Below, in pieces: positions 1-13,499 of a stretch of 64,000 nt of DNA (within the stretch, counting starts at the first letter, position 1; each line of letters starts with the position of its first letter). A model generated the notes under the pieces. The model worked only from the letters and a program-made list of their open reading frames with translations. It did not search any database and was not told the DNA's origin. The DNA is from Chiloscyllium plagiosum (lineage: Eukaryota): assembly GCF_004010195.1 (NCBI RefSeq), contig NC_057759.1, positions 3,392,057-3,456,056 on the forward strand, in the 5' to 3' direction. Made by a program: the position numbers and the translations under genes.

Positions 1-195
1 ACGTTTCGGGCATAAGCCCTTCTTCAGGAATGAGGCTTTTAGCCTGCTGGACAAACTTTCCTCATTCCTGAAGAAGGGCTTATGCCCAAAACGTCGATTC
101 TCCTGTTCCCTGGATGCTGCCTGACCTGCTGCGCTTTTCCAGCAACACATTTCCAGCTCTGATCTCCAGCATCTGCAGACCTCACTTTCTCCTCA
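1..195. mobile_element. Palindromic PLE family A mini-element (starts before the window)
   Basis: Inverted pair of cctcattcctgaagaagggcttatgccc(g/a)aaacgt. Confidence 0.85.
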
Positions 196-199
196 AAGA

Positions 200-485
200 C
201 ATGAGGACCCAAGGGCACAATCTCAGGTGAGGATCGATCCTTTAGAACTGAGATGAGGAAGAATTTCTTCAACCAGAAGATAGTGAAACTCACTGCCATG
301 GAGGGTTGTGGAGACCCAAGTCATTAAGTGTCTTTAAGACAGAGATGGACAGATTCTGATTAATAAGGGAATCAATGGTTATGGGGGGGGAGGCAGGACG
401 ATGGAATTGAGAAAGATATTATCCATCATCGAATGGCAGAGGAGACCTGATGGGCTTAATTCTGCTCTGAAATCTTATGATCTGG
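200..485 (+). mobile_element. CR1 3'-end fragment
   Basis: tttagaactgagatgaggaagaatttcttc...tttaagacagagatggacagatt motif shared with other copies. Confidence 0.8.
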
Positions 486-751
486 TATCACCTGCTGAAT
501 TTAAACACAAGCTTTTTGTGATTCACGGATGAGGACGGTCAAATCCTCAGCCTCATAGTCTGTTTAAATTATCTTCAACTCCTCTGTTCTTTCTGCATCA
601 CCTTACATTTTTGCACATATTATTCAAGGTTTTTTTTGGCCATTCACTTAAACCCATCTATATGTGTCTTCGTGGCACACTCGCCACTTGCATTCCCATC
701 TATTTTTGCATCACCTGCAAACTAGGCTTACGAAAATGATGTGAAGGTGAT

Positions 752-1075
752 GGTTTTGGACTGGGGTGAACAAAGTTAAATATAACATCAGGTTATAATC
801 CAAAAGGTTTATTTGAAACTAAGGTCTTTCAGAACGCTGTTCCTTCATCAGGTAGCTAGTGCCCCTCGTGCTACCTGACGAAGGAGCAATGCCTGGAAAG
901 CTTATACTTCCAAATAAACCTGTTGACTATAACCTGGTGTTGACTCCTGTTCCTTGGATGCTGCCTGACCTGCTGCGCTTTTCCAGCAACACATTTTCAG
1001 CTCTGATCTCCAGCATCTGCAGTCCTCACTTTCTCCTGGTGTTGACTATAACCTGGTCAGTACATTTTTAACTTT
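752..1075. mobile_element. Palindromic PLE family B mini-element with nested family A fragment
   Basis: Inverted pLTR halves; insert at 946-1034 flanked by a cctggtgttgact duplication. Confidence 0.78.
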
Positions 1076-1539
1076 GTCTTATTAAGTGAGTGTGAAACTG
1101 TTGTAACATATCTCAGAACGAAAACCCATCTGACTCACTGGTGTCCTTCAGGGAGAGAAATCTTCTTCCCTACCTATTCTGGCCCTGCATGTGACTCCAT
1201 ACCCTCAATGATGTGGTTGACACCTTACTTTCCTCGGTAGTTTACTGCACATGAAAGCAGAATGAGATTATTCAGCCCATCGAGTCTACACTGTTGTTCA
1301 GTGAGATATGGGATTCCTTTCTGAACTTCACCATTCCCTTAATCTGTGCTGTATTCTCTCAGTGACATAACATAGTCTGACACATCACCACCTAACACAC
1401 AGGCTTTGTCAAGCATACCTTTTACTCCCCCAGGGATAACTAGAATCAAATGTATCAGTCAGATGGTGTGGCTATATTGGGACTGACTGAAACCAACTTC
1501 TTTCTGCACAGCTTGACAGAAATGTATCCCCTCATGTCT

Positions 1540-4090
1540 TTCCTCGCAAATCCCTGTGCAGCCCATTTCTGTCCAACTTCCCTTCTCCATTGAACCTACC
1601 TCTAACACATTTCCATGCAGTGCATTCTACACCCTGACTACTCACTGGGTGAAAAGGTTTATTCCTCACATTTCTTCGCCAACTTGCTTTGTTTCTATAT
1701 CACTTTAAATCTACGAGCCCCCTTGCCTCCCAACCCACTCTCATTGTTGTTCTTTTTGGAAGCAGGAACAGCTTCTCCCTACTGACTCTGTTTAGCCCCT
1801 GTTCATGACTTTGAAGACCTATGCTGCTCCTCTCTAAGGGAATATAGTCACTGACTTCTTTCAGTGTCCTCATTGTTGAAGTTTCTCCTCCCTGGAACCC
1901 GGTTTCTTGTAAGGCTATCACACAAGCCAAATTTCCATCCACTGACTCCACCTATATTTCCTGCTGCCTTGGGAAAGCAGCCAACATAATCATAGAGCCC
2001 TCCCAACCTGGTTATACTCTATTACCTCTGAAGAAGTTGCCATTGTTTGAATATAGATACCAACAGAAAAGAAATACCTTCTTCCCCGCTGTTAACATAC
2101 TTTTGAACGGACCTCTGAAATATTAATGTTAATCTCCCTATCTGCACCTTCTTTACCGCTTTAACATTGTATTCTGCAGTCTGTTCTGCTGCCCTGATAC
2201 ACTTTGTATGCGATGATCTGCCTGTAGAGCATGCAAAACAAAACTTTTCACCGTATTTGCGTCCATGTGACAACAATAAATCAAATCAAAACTGCTTTGG
2301 TGCTCCCTCACTCACTGAGACGCATTCATATCTTTTCTATAATGTGGCAAACACAACTGCATGCCATATTCTCACTGATGTCCAGCAAGTGCCTTGTACA
2401 AGTTCAACATCACCTCCTGCTCTTGGATGCTGTGTGCTTTAGTAACCACGCTCTCTCCCTGTCCTGCCACCTTCAGTCATCTGTGCACATATACCGCCCA
2501 GCCGCCTTTCCTCCTGCAACCTATTTTCTTAACTGACACACAATCCCAAGGGAGACGGTAAATGCAATCCCTAGCCTTATTATGCACTAAAATCTTTTTT
2601 TGGTTGTTTCTTCCAGGTCACATCAGGGCAAGAAGAGAATCAGTAACTTCTTGTTATTTCATAGACATTTACAGGACAAGAAGGGTTTCTTATCAGTAAG
2701 GATCTGAAAGCAAGAGTCCCACTTTCCAGCTCTTTCACCCTTATCCCCTGGAGGCTACGACAATGCAGTTATACATCTAAATACTTCTTTGATGTAACAA
2801 GGGTTTCTGCTGGCTCCCACTTTTAGAGGCAGTGAGTTCCAGATAGACCACCATCCTCTGGACGAACAACATTCTCCGCAAATCCCTTTTAACCTTTAAA
2901 TCTGTGACCCCTGCTTACTGATAGTTGTAAGGCACATTTCCAATGGGTAAAGCAATGTGTCTCTCACAGTCTAATGCACCTCTATCAGGTCACCCCTCAA
3001 CCTTCTCTGCTCCAAAGAGCACAATCCGAGCTTATCCAACCTCTCTTCATCGCTGAAATGTGACACTCAGGCAACATTACCGTGAATCTGCTCTGCACCC
3101 CCTCCACTACAATCACATCCTTCCCATAGTAGTCTAGCTGTAGCCCCATCAAAGTCCTGCCCAGCTCAGATATCACCTACCCGCTCTTAAAATCTATGCC
3201 TCAACTGGTACAGGCAAGTGTCCTGAATGCCTTCTTAACCATTAGCCTGTCCTGCCACCTTCAGGGATCTGTGGACTAGCATCCTGGGACTTTCAGTGCT
3301 TATAGGATCCTGCAACTTAGTGTCTACATCTTAGGTGCATTATCCCTCACCAAGTCCATTAAAATAATCATGTTTAGGAGCGGTAGTAGGCCATTCAATC
3401 CACAATGTCTGCTCCGCTGAATGCAGCTGATTTGATAATCCTCAACTTCACTTTCTATCCATAACTCTCAATTCCTCTTCCTGATTAAAAATCGCAGCCT
3501 TGAATATACTTTCACGACTGAGCCTCGACAGCCTTCTGCAGTAAAGAAGTCCACAGACACTCTCTCCTGGAAAAGAAGAAATTCCTCCTCATCTCCATCT
3601 TCAAGGGGCAACAAACCCCCTTCCCCCTGTCACATTCTGAAATGATGCCCCTCTGGTCCCAGACTTTTCAACACAGGGAGAAACAACCTCTCTCTGCATC
3701 TCCCCTCAAGTCAAGCCATTTGAGAATCTTCAATAGGGTCGCCTATATTTCTTCCCAACACCAAATGTGCTTAGGTTTGACCTACTCACCTCTTCCTCAA
3801 CACACAATCTCTCAATACCCAAGATCAGCTTCTCTGGACTGCCTCCAATGCCTAGTCTATCTCTCCTTAGATACGGAGGCCCAAAACTGATCACTGTATC
3901 ACAGATGTGGTCTATCTAGTGTCTTGTATAGTTTAAACAAAATCTCCTGACTTTAAATTCCATTCCCTTTGAAATAAAGGCTATTATGGCCTGCTTGACT
4001 TGGACACTAGCTTCAGTTTTGGGATTCACGGACCAGGACTCCCAAACATTTAGGTCCACAACTTTACGCAGACTTTCACCATTTAAATAT
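1540..4090 (-). mobile_element. Several old CR1 3' fragments (with intervening non-CR1 sequence)
   Basis: Reverse-strand CR1 RT C-terminus/3'UTR similarity at about 1540-1980, 2690-3360 and 3380-4090. Confidence 0.7.
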
Positions 4091-4236
4091 TAAATACTGA
4101 CATCAATTTAATAGATGTGGTTCTGTGTGATACATTAGATCCATTTTTAATGATTAACTAATCAAATGAACCATGTTATGAACACCCAACTAGCTCTCTG
4201 ATCTAGCAAATGGAAGTCATGGATGAATGGTATTAA

Positions 4237-4515
4237 TGTTAGACTATTAATCCGGATTCCCAGGTGATGTTCCAGTGACGGAGGTGCAAATCCTGCCATG
4301 GCGACGGGGTGAATTTGAGTTCAATAAAAGTCTTGGATTTAGAGTCTAATGAGGACCATTGACAGGAGAGAGCCCCATCTGGGTATAATGTCCTTTCAGG
4401 AAGAAAATCTGTCATCTTTACCCAGTCTGGCCTACAAATAACTCCAGACCACACAACAATGTGACTGACTCTTTACTGTCCTATTGGCAATTATGGTTGG
4501 GTGATAAATGTTAGC
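4237..4515 (+). mobile_element. Old tRNA-derived SINE sharing its tail with the second LINE family
   Basis: Core ccatctgg..atgtccttt.ggaagaaaatctg..tggcctaca..actccagacc also seen at about 1125-1230 and 33700-33880. Tail ggcaatta..gg.gataaatg. Confidence 0.6.
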
Positions 4516-5194
4516 CCATTTTTAAAGAAACATGAGCTTGACGGAAGGAAACCTGTACCTAGTCTGGCTTTCCTGAGTTATTTATCCTGTAATGCTTTGC
4601 ATTCCACTAGAGACAAAAGACCTGTTAACAGAACACCTATCATAATGTGTAAACCTACTGAATAGCTGCAATGCAAGAGTGGACACACTGCAAGGAGTAG
4701 CCATAAGGGCTCGGAGATCCTCGCTTGAGAAATATAAACAAGAGCGGACAGTGGCTATTTGATCTTTGCAGCTACTGCAAGCTTTATGCAACTAACACTT
4801 TTGCAGAACAATCCCTGTCGCCAAGTGTTTTGTAGACAGCTGAGATCAGGACATTTGTAGCAACTGGGCCCAATCATCACCAAAGTGTCATCAGCTCTCC
4901 CTCAATGCAAGGATGTCATCTACTCAAGATAATACGTTTTTGCTGTTGCTCTTTATGCAACTGAACTGGCAGATTCTCTGTATAGGTAGTGGGATCTGGT
5001 GCAGGATATGCTTCCTTTTCTTTCTCCATTGCTGCTCTGACTCATCACTAAGGTGTTCAGACTCGCATTGTGATGCAGCTGGACTGACAAGTTGCCACTT
5101 TTCAAGATTGATAGTAAGCTCCCCTGATCGTTTAAGGTCCATAATCCTGAATTTTAAGTAGTTTCATGGAAAGCTTCAGTGTCTTGGAGGTCTG

Positions 5195-6520
5195 GATCCA
5201 CTTTTGTTTGTCATTTATATATAAATGATTTAGATGAGAAAATGGAAAGCATGTTTAGTAAGTTTGCAGAGAACATCAGGATTAGTCGTATAGTGGATAA
5301 TGAAGAAGGTTATCGAAGATTACAAAGAAATCTTGACCAATTGGGACAATGGGCTGAAAGTCGCAGATGGTATCTAATTTGGATAAATGTGAAGTCATGC
5401 ATTTTGGTAAAACAAACAAAGACAGGAACTATACAATTAGAAGTAGAGCCATCAGTGGTCTTGTGGAACAGAGAAACCTAGAAGTTCAGGTACATAATTC
5501 TCTGAAGTTTGCAGAAGTTCTCTTAAGATAGATAGGGTGATTAAGAAGGCATTTTGCAAACTTGCCTTTATTGCTCAGACTTTTGATTCTAGATATTGGG
5601 ATGTCCTATTGAGGTTGAACATGACGGTGGTGAAACCTGTTCTAGAGTACTGTGTCCAATTCTGACTCCTTGTTATAGGAAGGATATTATTAAGTTGGAG
5701 AGAGTTTGGAAGAGATTTACCTGGATGTTGTCGAGAATGGAAGATTTAAGGTGAGACGAGAGAGATTTTATAAAGGCGTAACTGGCAATTTTTCTTATGA
5801 AGTGGTCTGTGTGTGGAATGAACTTTCAGAATAAGTGGTGGATACGGATACAATTACAATGTTTAAAAGATGTTTAGGTAAGATCATGCAAGATCATAGG
5901 CCAACCTCAGGCAGTTAGAACCAGTTTAATTTGGGATTATGTTCGGTATGGACTGTTTGGACTGAAGGGTCTGTTTCAATGCTGTATGACTATGTCTCTA
6001 TGTGACTCCAGGCCCACAGCGGGGTGGTTGGGTCTCAAAGTGGAAATGTAATCTTTAGACTGATTGGTTCATCCCCGCTCTACTTTTTAAACTAAAATAA
6101 CTGCCTTCTTCACTGCCTCAGACTGATTCCTGAGATGGCAGGACTGACAGATGAGGAGATACGGAATTAGTTAGGATTATATTTACTCAAGTTTAGAAGA
6201 ATTGGGGTGGGAGGAAACCTATGAATTCTAACACGGTCAAAGCAGGAAGGAGGGGAGAAGGGAGGTAAGGGAGAAGAGTTCAAAACAAATGAGTTATAGT
6301 TGAAAGGAGAAAGGGTATAGGGATGCGATGGGCAGAAAATGTCTTCACCCATAAAGTGGGGAGCCTGTGAAATTCTCTACCACAGAAAGCGGTCATGATG
6401 AGAACATTGAATATTGTTCAAGGAAGATTGGGATAGAGTACTTAGGGGCTAAAGAGAGAAAGTAGGAAAAGGGAGACTGAATTGGAGGGGCCGGGTGACC
6501 TACTCCTGCTCCCACTTGCT
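5195..6520 (+). mobile_element. CR1 RT/3' fragments
   Basis: LYINDLD...SKFAEN...LQRNLDQL; tail tatgactatgtctcta; second fragment at 6120-6520. Confidence 0.88.
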
Positions 6521-6619
6521 CCGTCCTTCAGACCGTTTGTTGAAGTGCAATTACAAAATTGGTCAGAAAATGCAACGAGCCTTGGATTAAGATATTGTAT
6601 GTTCCCTTGCAGAGGGAGG

Positions 6620-6800
6620 CTGACAGTCACGTGACTTACGCGTCGTTAATGGACCTTGAAAGGACAAGGGACCAAGACGTAAGCCGGAAGGCAAGAAGAT
6701 AGTCGCTCGTCTATCTATCAGAACATTCGGAGGAGCTAGTCACAGAACTCTGCTGCCTCTATTGGTGAAGAATAGAAGTTCCTTCAGGTGGTGGGCATGA
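6620..6800. promoter_or_regulatory. CpG-containing promoter-like patch
   Basis: Palindrome AGTCACGTGACT (6625-6636), CCGGAAG (6684-6690), ATTGG (6761). Confidence 0.45.
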
Positions 6801-7925
6801 CTTGTCTTCATTTGTCATCGTCAACTGAAGAAAAGAATGGACCAAATTAACACGGGCACTTCATGTCAGAGAAATGGTGTCTGATTTCTCTCTCACTCTC
6901 GAGCACGATTGATTCCAAATTCTGTGATTGTATCCCGAACCCTTAGGGGTTAGAAGGCAGGAGGTCTTCTGTCCAAAGCTGTGGGTTCACATCTTCACGC
7001 AATTCTAAATTCTCACATTTGGGACCAATGCCACAATGGACTGCTGGTTAGTATAGAACCATGCAAAACAGAAACAGACACTTTGGTCCAAGAAACAGGT
7101 TAATGGGGGAGGGAAGAGAGAGAGAGAGATCCTTTTTCATTCATACATTCCTGCATTGTAAAAAAATTGAATTCTTGTCCCAAAGGTAGGGAAGGGAGAC
7201 AGATGATAAATTCCAGAAGTCGTTTACAGAAAAGGCCTGAGTCAATGGAACACTTCAGCAATGTCTGCTTTACTTTGCAAGCTTGATATCGGAGAGACAC
7301 AAATGTACAAAAACTGAAATAGCTCAGTGACTGGCTTCTAGGTCATAGTCGTAGAGATGGTGCAGCACAGAATCAGACCCTTCTATCCAACTTGTCCATA
7401 TTGACAAGATATCCTAAATTAATCTAATCCAATTTGCTAGCACTTAGCCCATATCCCTCTAAACCCTTCCTATCATATACCCATTTAAATGCCTTTTAAA
7501 TGTTGTAATTATACCAGCCTCCACCACTTCCTCTGGCAACTTATGCCAGAAATGCACCATCGTCTACATGAAAAATTGCCCCTTAGGACCCTTTTAAATC
7601 TTTCTCCTCTCACTGTAACCCCATGCCTTCTAGTTCTGGACTCCCCTATCCCAGGGAAAAGACTATGTTTACTTACGGTTTCCATGCCCCTCATGATTTA
7701 AAAAAATTCTGAGGTCACCTGCTCTTCCGATGCTCCATCGAAAACAGCCCCAGAGACTCCCTATAGCTCAAAACCTTCAACCATGGCAACATCTTTGTCA
7801 ATCATTTCTGAAATCTTTCAAGCTACACAACATCCTTCCCTAGCGAGGGCACCGGAATTGCAATCAATATTCCTAACGTGGCCTAACCAATGTCCTCAAG
7901 ATGATCTCTGAACTTCTATACTCAA

Positions 7926-8147
7926 TGTGTGGTGCTGGAAACGCACAGCAGGTTAGATAGCAACAGAGGAGCAGGACAGCCGATGTTTCAAGCATAAGCC
8001 CTTCATCAGGGATTACATTTCTGATGAAGGACTTATGCCCGCCACGTCAACTCTCCTGCTCATCAAATGCTGTCTGACTTGCTGTGCTTTTCCAGTGCCC
8101 CACTTTTAGACTCTGATCTCCAGCATCTGCAGTCCTCACTTTCTCCT
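7926..8147. mobile_element. Palindromic PLE family A mini-element
   Basis: Inverted arms around cccttcatcagg...tctgatgaagga. Confidence 0.82.
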
Positions 8148-8797
8148 ACAATCAATGCTTCGACCAAAAGTAAAAGCATACCAAACTCCTTCTTCACTAT
8201 TCTATCTACCAGCTTAAGGAAATACGAACCTGCACTCTAAGAACTCTGTTCAGTAACACTCCCTAGGACCTTACCATTAAGTGTATAAATCCTGCCCTGA
8301 TTTGCCTTTCCAAAATACAGCACGTCTTATTTACCTAAATTAAACTCCATCTGTCACTCCTTGGCCCATTCACCAATCTGATCATGATCCACTTTTACTG
8401 AGATAACCTTTTTCACTGTCCACTACACCTCCAGTTTTCGTACGATCTGAAAATTTACGAACCATGCATCCTATGTTCATATTCAAATAATTTACATAAA
8501 CAATGAAAAGCAGAGAACCCAGCACCAATCCTTGTGGCACACCACTGGTCGCAGGCCTCCAGTCTGAAAAGCAACTCTCCACCACGACCCTCTATCATCT
8601 ATCTTCAAGCCAGTTCTGTATTCAAATGGCTAGTTCTCCCTGCTCATGCCTCCCTTTATTCCATGTGATCTATCCTTGCTAACTAGTCCACTGTGAGGAA
8701 ACTTGTTGAACACCTTACTGAGGCCCATTGAGATCAGATCCATCACTCTTCCCTCATAAATCTTCTTTGTTACTTCTTCTAAATAACTCGATCAAAT

Positions 8798-9288
8798 TAT
8801 GACTTGGAGGTGCCAATGTTGGACTGGGGTGCACAAAGTTACAAATCACACAAAACCAGGAGAATATGTTTTTTGAAAAATAAAACTCTGCAAAACTATA
8901 CAGAGGGTGTGTCAGTCTGAGATAGCTTACAGAATTATATTTTAGTTTGCTCAAAAACTGTATGAAGCCATGTAAAATATTGCAAAACTATTGGGACACA
9001 GACAGACTTCACACCTTTGTTTAAAAAGAAGAGCTATCTTGAGAATTTAAAAGAATTTCTGGAATTTACAAATCAAAAACAGAAATCAGCATATTCCATT
9101 ATGAAAGATGAAAGTTTTATCCTAAAATTGTTTACTGTACCACATCTCCCTGACACTGGACTCCTTTGGCTATAAATTCTGTGAGCATGGTTTTCACCTC
9201 CACAACCACGTGATGAAGGAACGGCGCTGCGAAAGCTAGTGCTTCCACATAAACCTGTTGGACTATAACCTAGTGTTGTGTGACTTTT
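8798..9288 (+). mobile_element. PLE family B non-coding insertion
   Basis: Inverted 5' piece plus pLTR ending gttgtgtgacttttaa. Confidence 0.78.
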
Positions 9289-10225
9289 AAATCAAGTTAG
9301 TGAGACATGACTTCCCACGCACAAAGCGATGTTGACTATCCCTGATCAGTCCTGCTCTTTGCAAATACATATAAATCCTGTCCATCAGGATACCCTCCAA
9401 CTACTTGTCCACCATTAATGTCAGGCTCACTCTCTTTACTTCCTTAGCTTTTCTTTACCACCTTTCTCAAATAATGGCATCACATTAGCCAACCTCCAGT
9501 CTTCCGGAACCTCACTGGTGACTATTGATGATGCAAATAGAGTTCTAGGGTAAACCTTATCAAATCTGGAGATTTATCCACCTTTATGCGTTTTAGGACA
9601 TTAACACCTTTTCATATGTAATATGAACTTTTTCCAAGATGTCCCCTTCAATTTCCACACATTCTACATCTTCCATGTCCTCTTCTACAGTAAACACTGA
9701 TAAATGCTCATTTATTATCTCCCCCATCTCCTGCGGTTCCACACATACTGCCTTGATCTTTGTGGTGCCATATTCTCTGCCTTGTTAAAATTTTGTTCTC
9801 AATGTATTGATGAAATCTCTTTCGATTCTCCTTAACTGTATTTGCCAAAACTATGTCCCATTTTTGCCCTCCTGATTTCCCTCTTAAGTAGTATACTGCC
9901 TTTATATACTTCTCAGGATAGATCTCTGCTGTCCATGCCTGACACATGTTTCTTTATTTTCCTTGATAAAAATTTTAATTTCTCTGGTCATCCAGCATTC
10001 CTTACAACTACCAGTCTTGCCTTTCACCCTAACAGGAACACACTGTGTCTGGTCTCTTGTTATCTCATTTTGAAGGCTTCACATTTTCCTGCAAATATCC
10101 GCTCCCAACCAACCTTTTAATCTTCTTGCCTAATACTGTCAAGATTCACCTTCCTCCAATTTAGAACTTTAGTTTTTAGATCCAGTCTATCCTTTTCCAT
10201 CACTATTTGAAAACAAATAGAATTA

Positions 10226-10560
10226 ACGTAGAATGCCTACAGTGTGGAAACAGGCCCTTCAGCCCCACAGGTCCACACTGACCCTCCAAAGTGTATCCAA
10301 CCAGACCCATTCCCCTATGCTATTAGTCAGGAAAATGTAGAGTAATGCACCTATCTTACACATCCCTGAACACTACAGGCAATTCAGCATGGCCAATTCA
10401 CCTAATCTGCACATCTTTTGATGTGGGAGGAAACCGGAGCACCTGGAGGAAATCAATGCAGAAACAGGGAGAACATGCAAACTCCACATAGTCATCCGAG
10501 ACTGGAATCAGACTGGTACTTGGTGCTGTGAGGCAGCAGTGCTAACCACTGAGCCATCCC
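10226..10560 (-). mobile_element. HE1-type V-SINE (older copy)
   Basis: tRNA-like head, V-domain, CR1-like tail. Confidence 0.88.
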
Positions 10561-12699
10561 CGGTCACTAGGCCCTGAGTTCACCCCCACTGACATTTCAG
10601 TCACTTGCCCTGCCTTATTTCCCAAGAGTAGGTCAAATCTTGCACCTTCTCTTGTAGGTACACCCACCTACCAAATTAGAAAGTTTTCTTGCACACAGTT
10701 AACAAATTCCTCTCCATCTAAACCCTTAGCATGATGGGAGTCCTAGTCTATGTTTGGAAAGTTAAAATCCCCTACCATAACCACCTTATTATTCTTACAG
10801 ATAAGTGTGATCTCCTTACAACTTTGTTTCTCAATTTCCCACTGATGACTGTGGGGGGTGGGGGTCGATAGTACAATCCCAATTAAGTGATCGTCTCTTT
10901 CTTATTGCTCATTTCCGCGCAAATAATTTCCCAGAATGTCTTCCTAGGAATGTCCTCCCTCAGTACAGCCATAGTGTTATTCCTTCTCAAAAACACCACC
11001 CCGCTTTCTCTCTTGTCCCCCTTTCTATCCCTCCTTTACAATTTGTATCCTGAAATGTTAAGCTGCCAGTCCTGTGCATTCTGAACGACATCTTTGTAAT
11101 TGCTATGATATACAAATCCCATGTTTCTAAAATGCTTGGAGTTCATCTGCCTTACCTGTTAGGCCTCTTGCATTGAAACAAATGCAGTTTAATTATCAGT
11201 CTTATCTCAATCTCTGCTTTGTTCCTGCCTGCCCTGACTGTTTGAATGGCTCCTTTTCCCAACTGTACCTGTTTTAGATTGACCCCTTTCCTCACTATCT
11301 TCCTGGGTCCCACCCCCACCCCATCATATTCCTTTTCATCCTCCCCAGCAGCTCCCACAAATATCTCTGCCAGTGTATTAGTCACATTCCAATTCAGGTA
11401 TAATCTGTCCTTCTGATACAGGTATTTCTACATCAGAAGAGATTCCAATAACCCAACAATGTGAACCCTTCTCCCCTGCACCAGCTCCTCAGCCACACAT
11501 TCATCTGCTCTATTCTCCTATGCCTATCTTCACTAGCTCATACTAACCTCAAGGACATTCTTTTTTAATTCCTGCCTAATTTCCTATATTCGCCCTTCAG
11601 TCTCATCCTTTTCCCTTCCTATGTCATTAGTTCCAATGTGTACAATGACCTCCTTCTTGTCCCTCTCCCCTTTGAGAATATTCTGCACTCTCACAGAGAT
11701 ACCCTTAATCCTGGCTCGGAGAGTCAACACTGCATTCTGATTTCTCACTGTCAGCCACAGAAACGTCTGTGTTGGCCTCTGACTAGAGAGTCCCCTACCA
11801 CAATCGATCACTTGGAAAGTTACTGACCCCTTGCTACATTAGAGCCAGTCTCAGTACACAAAACTACATTTCCCCTGAAAGTCCATCATCCCCTCTACTT
11901 TCTAGGTGTGCCACCTTGTTCAGGGTCTGTCGCAGAATTTGAATCCTGTGTGGCTAGGTTTGTTCCAAAATCAACAGTTTACTAAATACCACACTGACCC
12001 ACTGCGATTTCAAAATGTTGTTGTTTGAGAATAAAATCAACAAAGTTATTGGATGCAACTTCATATGTTTGTTGGTTTCATTGTATTTCCACTGGACTCA
12101 AGATAAATGAGACAGTACCAGATAGGCAACATCATAACCATTATGGTACTGAAATTATAAAATGAAATTCATTTTTCAGTGAATGGGGAAAGCAAATGGG
12201 GATGTAGCTTAATGTATGCAAGTGGAAAATCACTAATGTAATGCAGATAATTACTTCTAAAGGGTCATATCAGTTTTGGAACTGCAAAAGGAATTGATCC
12301 CAGGTCAATTTTAATTTTGCAGTGCAGACTTACAATAATCTGATGCTTTAACCTCATTCCTGATGGAGGGCTTATGCCCAAAACGTCGATTCTCCTGCTC
12401 CTCGGATGCTGCCTGACCAGCTGTGCTTTTCCAGCACAAACAGATTAATTTCCTGTTATTTGTTCAGTGTTTCACAGTCACCTTATGATGCCTTCTCAAT
12501 CTGATGCCATTTGGAAATCAAAATATTCTTCTGTCTGTCCCTGACTGTGTGAGTGTCTGCTTGTTTCTCTCCCTTCTTTCAGAGCACTTGGAAACTTTCT
12601 CATTCATCATTTTTGGATTTGTTCATGGTGGCTACATTGTCCCCTGTTTTTGCCCCTCTCCTATCTGGTTTTTCTGTATATGAATCACATGCATCCCAC

Positions 12700-13450
12700 C
12701 CTGCCAATGAGATTCCAGTCTGTAAGTCACTCCCAGTTATCTGTTATTCTACATGCAAACCTCCCGATCCCCTTGATTTGAGTCACTACTGAATATCTCA
12801 TATCCTATATATAGACCACCTCTATCGACTTGATAAGATTCCAGATGATACCTAATTCCTAAGTATATGTTATTCCATGTATTACCACTCTGAAACTTCG
12901 ATCGGATTTGAATCCGAAATTCAATCATGTTAACAACACCGAATTTCTCAAAAAGATTTTAGCATGTAACTCACTCCTCAGTATCGATTTTTCAAAACGT
13001 AAACCAACTTAAACCTCTCAATTAAATTCCAATCTGTAATTCAATTCCCCTGCTTCTGTTATTCTAAGCATAAACCACGCCGAAATGCCTCAATTAGATT
13101 CCAGTTGGCAATTCACCCTGGGGATCTGTTATTCCATAGTAAAACGTCTGGAACCCCACTTAAGATTCCAATCCGTATCTCAGTCCCAGATATCTGCTAT
13201 TCCATGTAAAAAATCACATCGAATCAGTGATTAGATTCCAGTTTGTATCTTATTTCTGGATATCTCTATATAAACTACGCTGAACCTTTCAATTAGATTG
13301 CAGTCTGTAACTCTCTCCCCAGCATCTATATGTAAACCATCCGAGCCCCTCAATCATTTTCCCATCTGTCTTGCACTCTCTGGTACAGTTACCCTGTATA
13401 TAAACTACCCCAAATACTCCATTAGATTCCAGACTGTAACCCAGCAGAGC
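12700..13450. repeat. Degenerate tandem repeat, ~69-bp unit
   Basis: Recurrent TTAGATTCCAGTCTGTAACTCA...ATCTGTTATTCCATGTAAACCA with anchors at 13022, 13094, 13161 and 13231. Confidence 0.85.
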
Positions 13451-13499
13451 ATAAGACTATGATATAGCACCAATTTTAGGTCATTCAGCCAATAAAACT

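Larger units (their letters stand above)
7340..11905 (-). mobile_element. Long degenerate CR1-clade LINE with three nested insertions
   Basis: ORF1 esterase EVIVHIGTND (11584-11811) and RT SGVPQGLVLG (8382-8585). Interrupted at about 7926-8147, 8798-9288 and 10226-10560. Confidence 0.92.

Noticed and set aside
4560..5160. Unique sequence with protein-like translations on both strands
   Set aside because: Stops occur at roughly random frequency and no recognisable domain; cannot be supported without a search.
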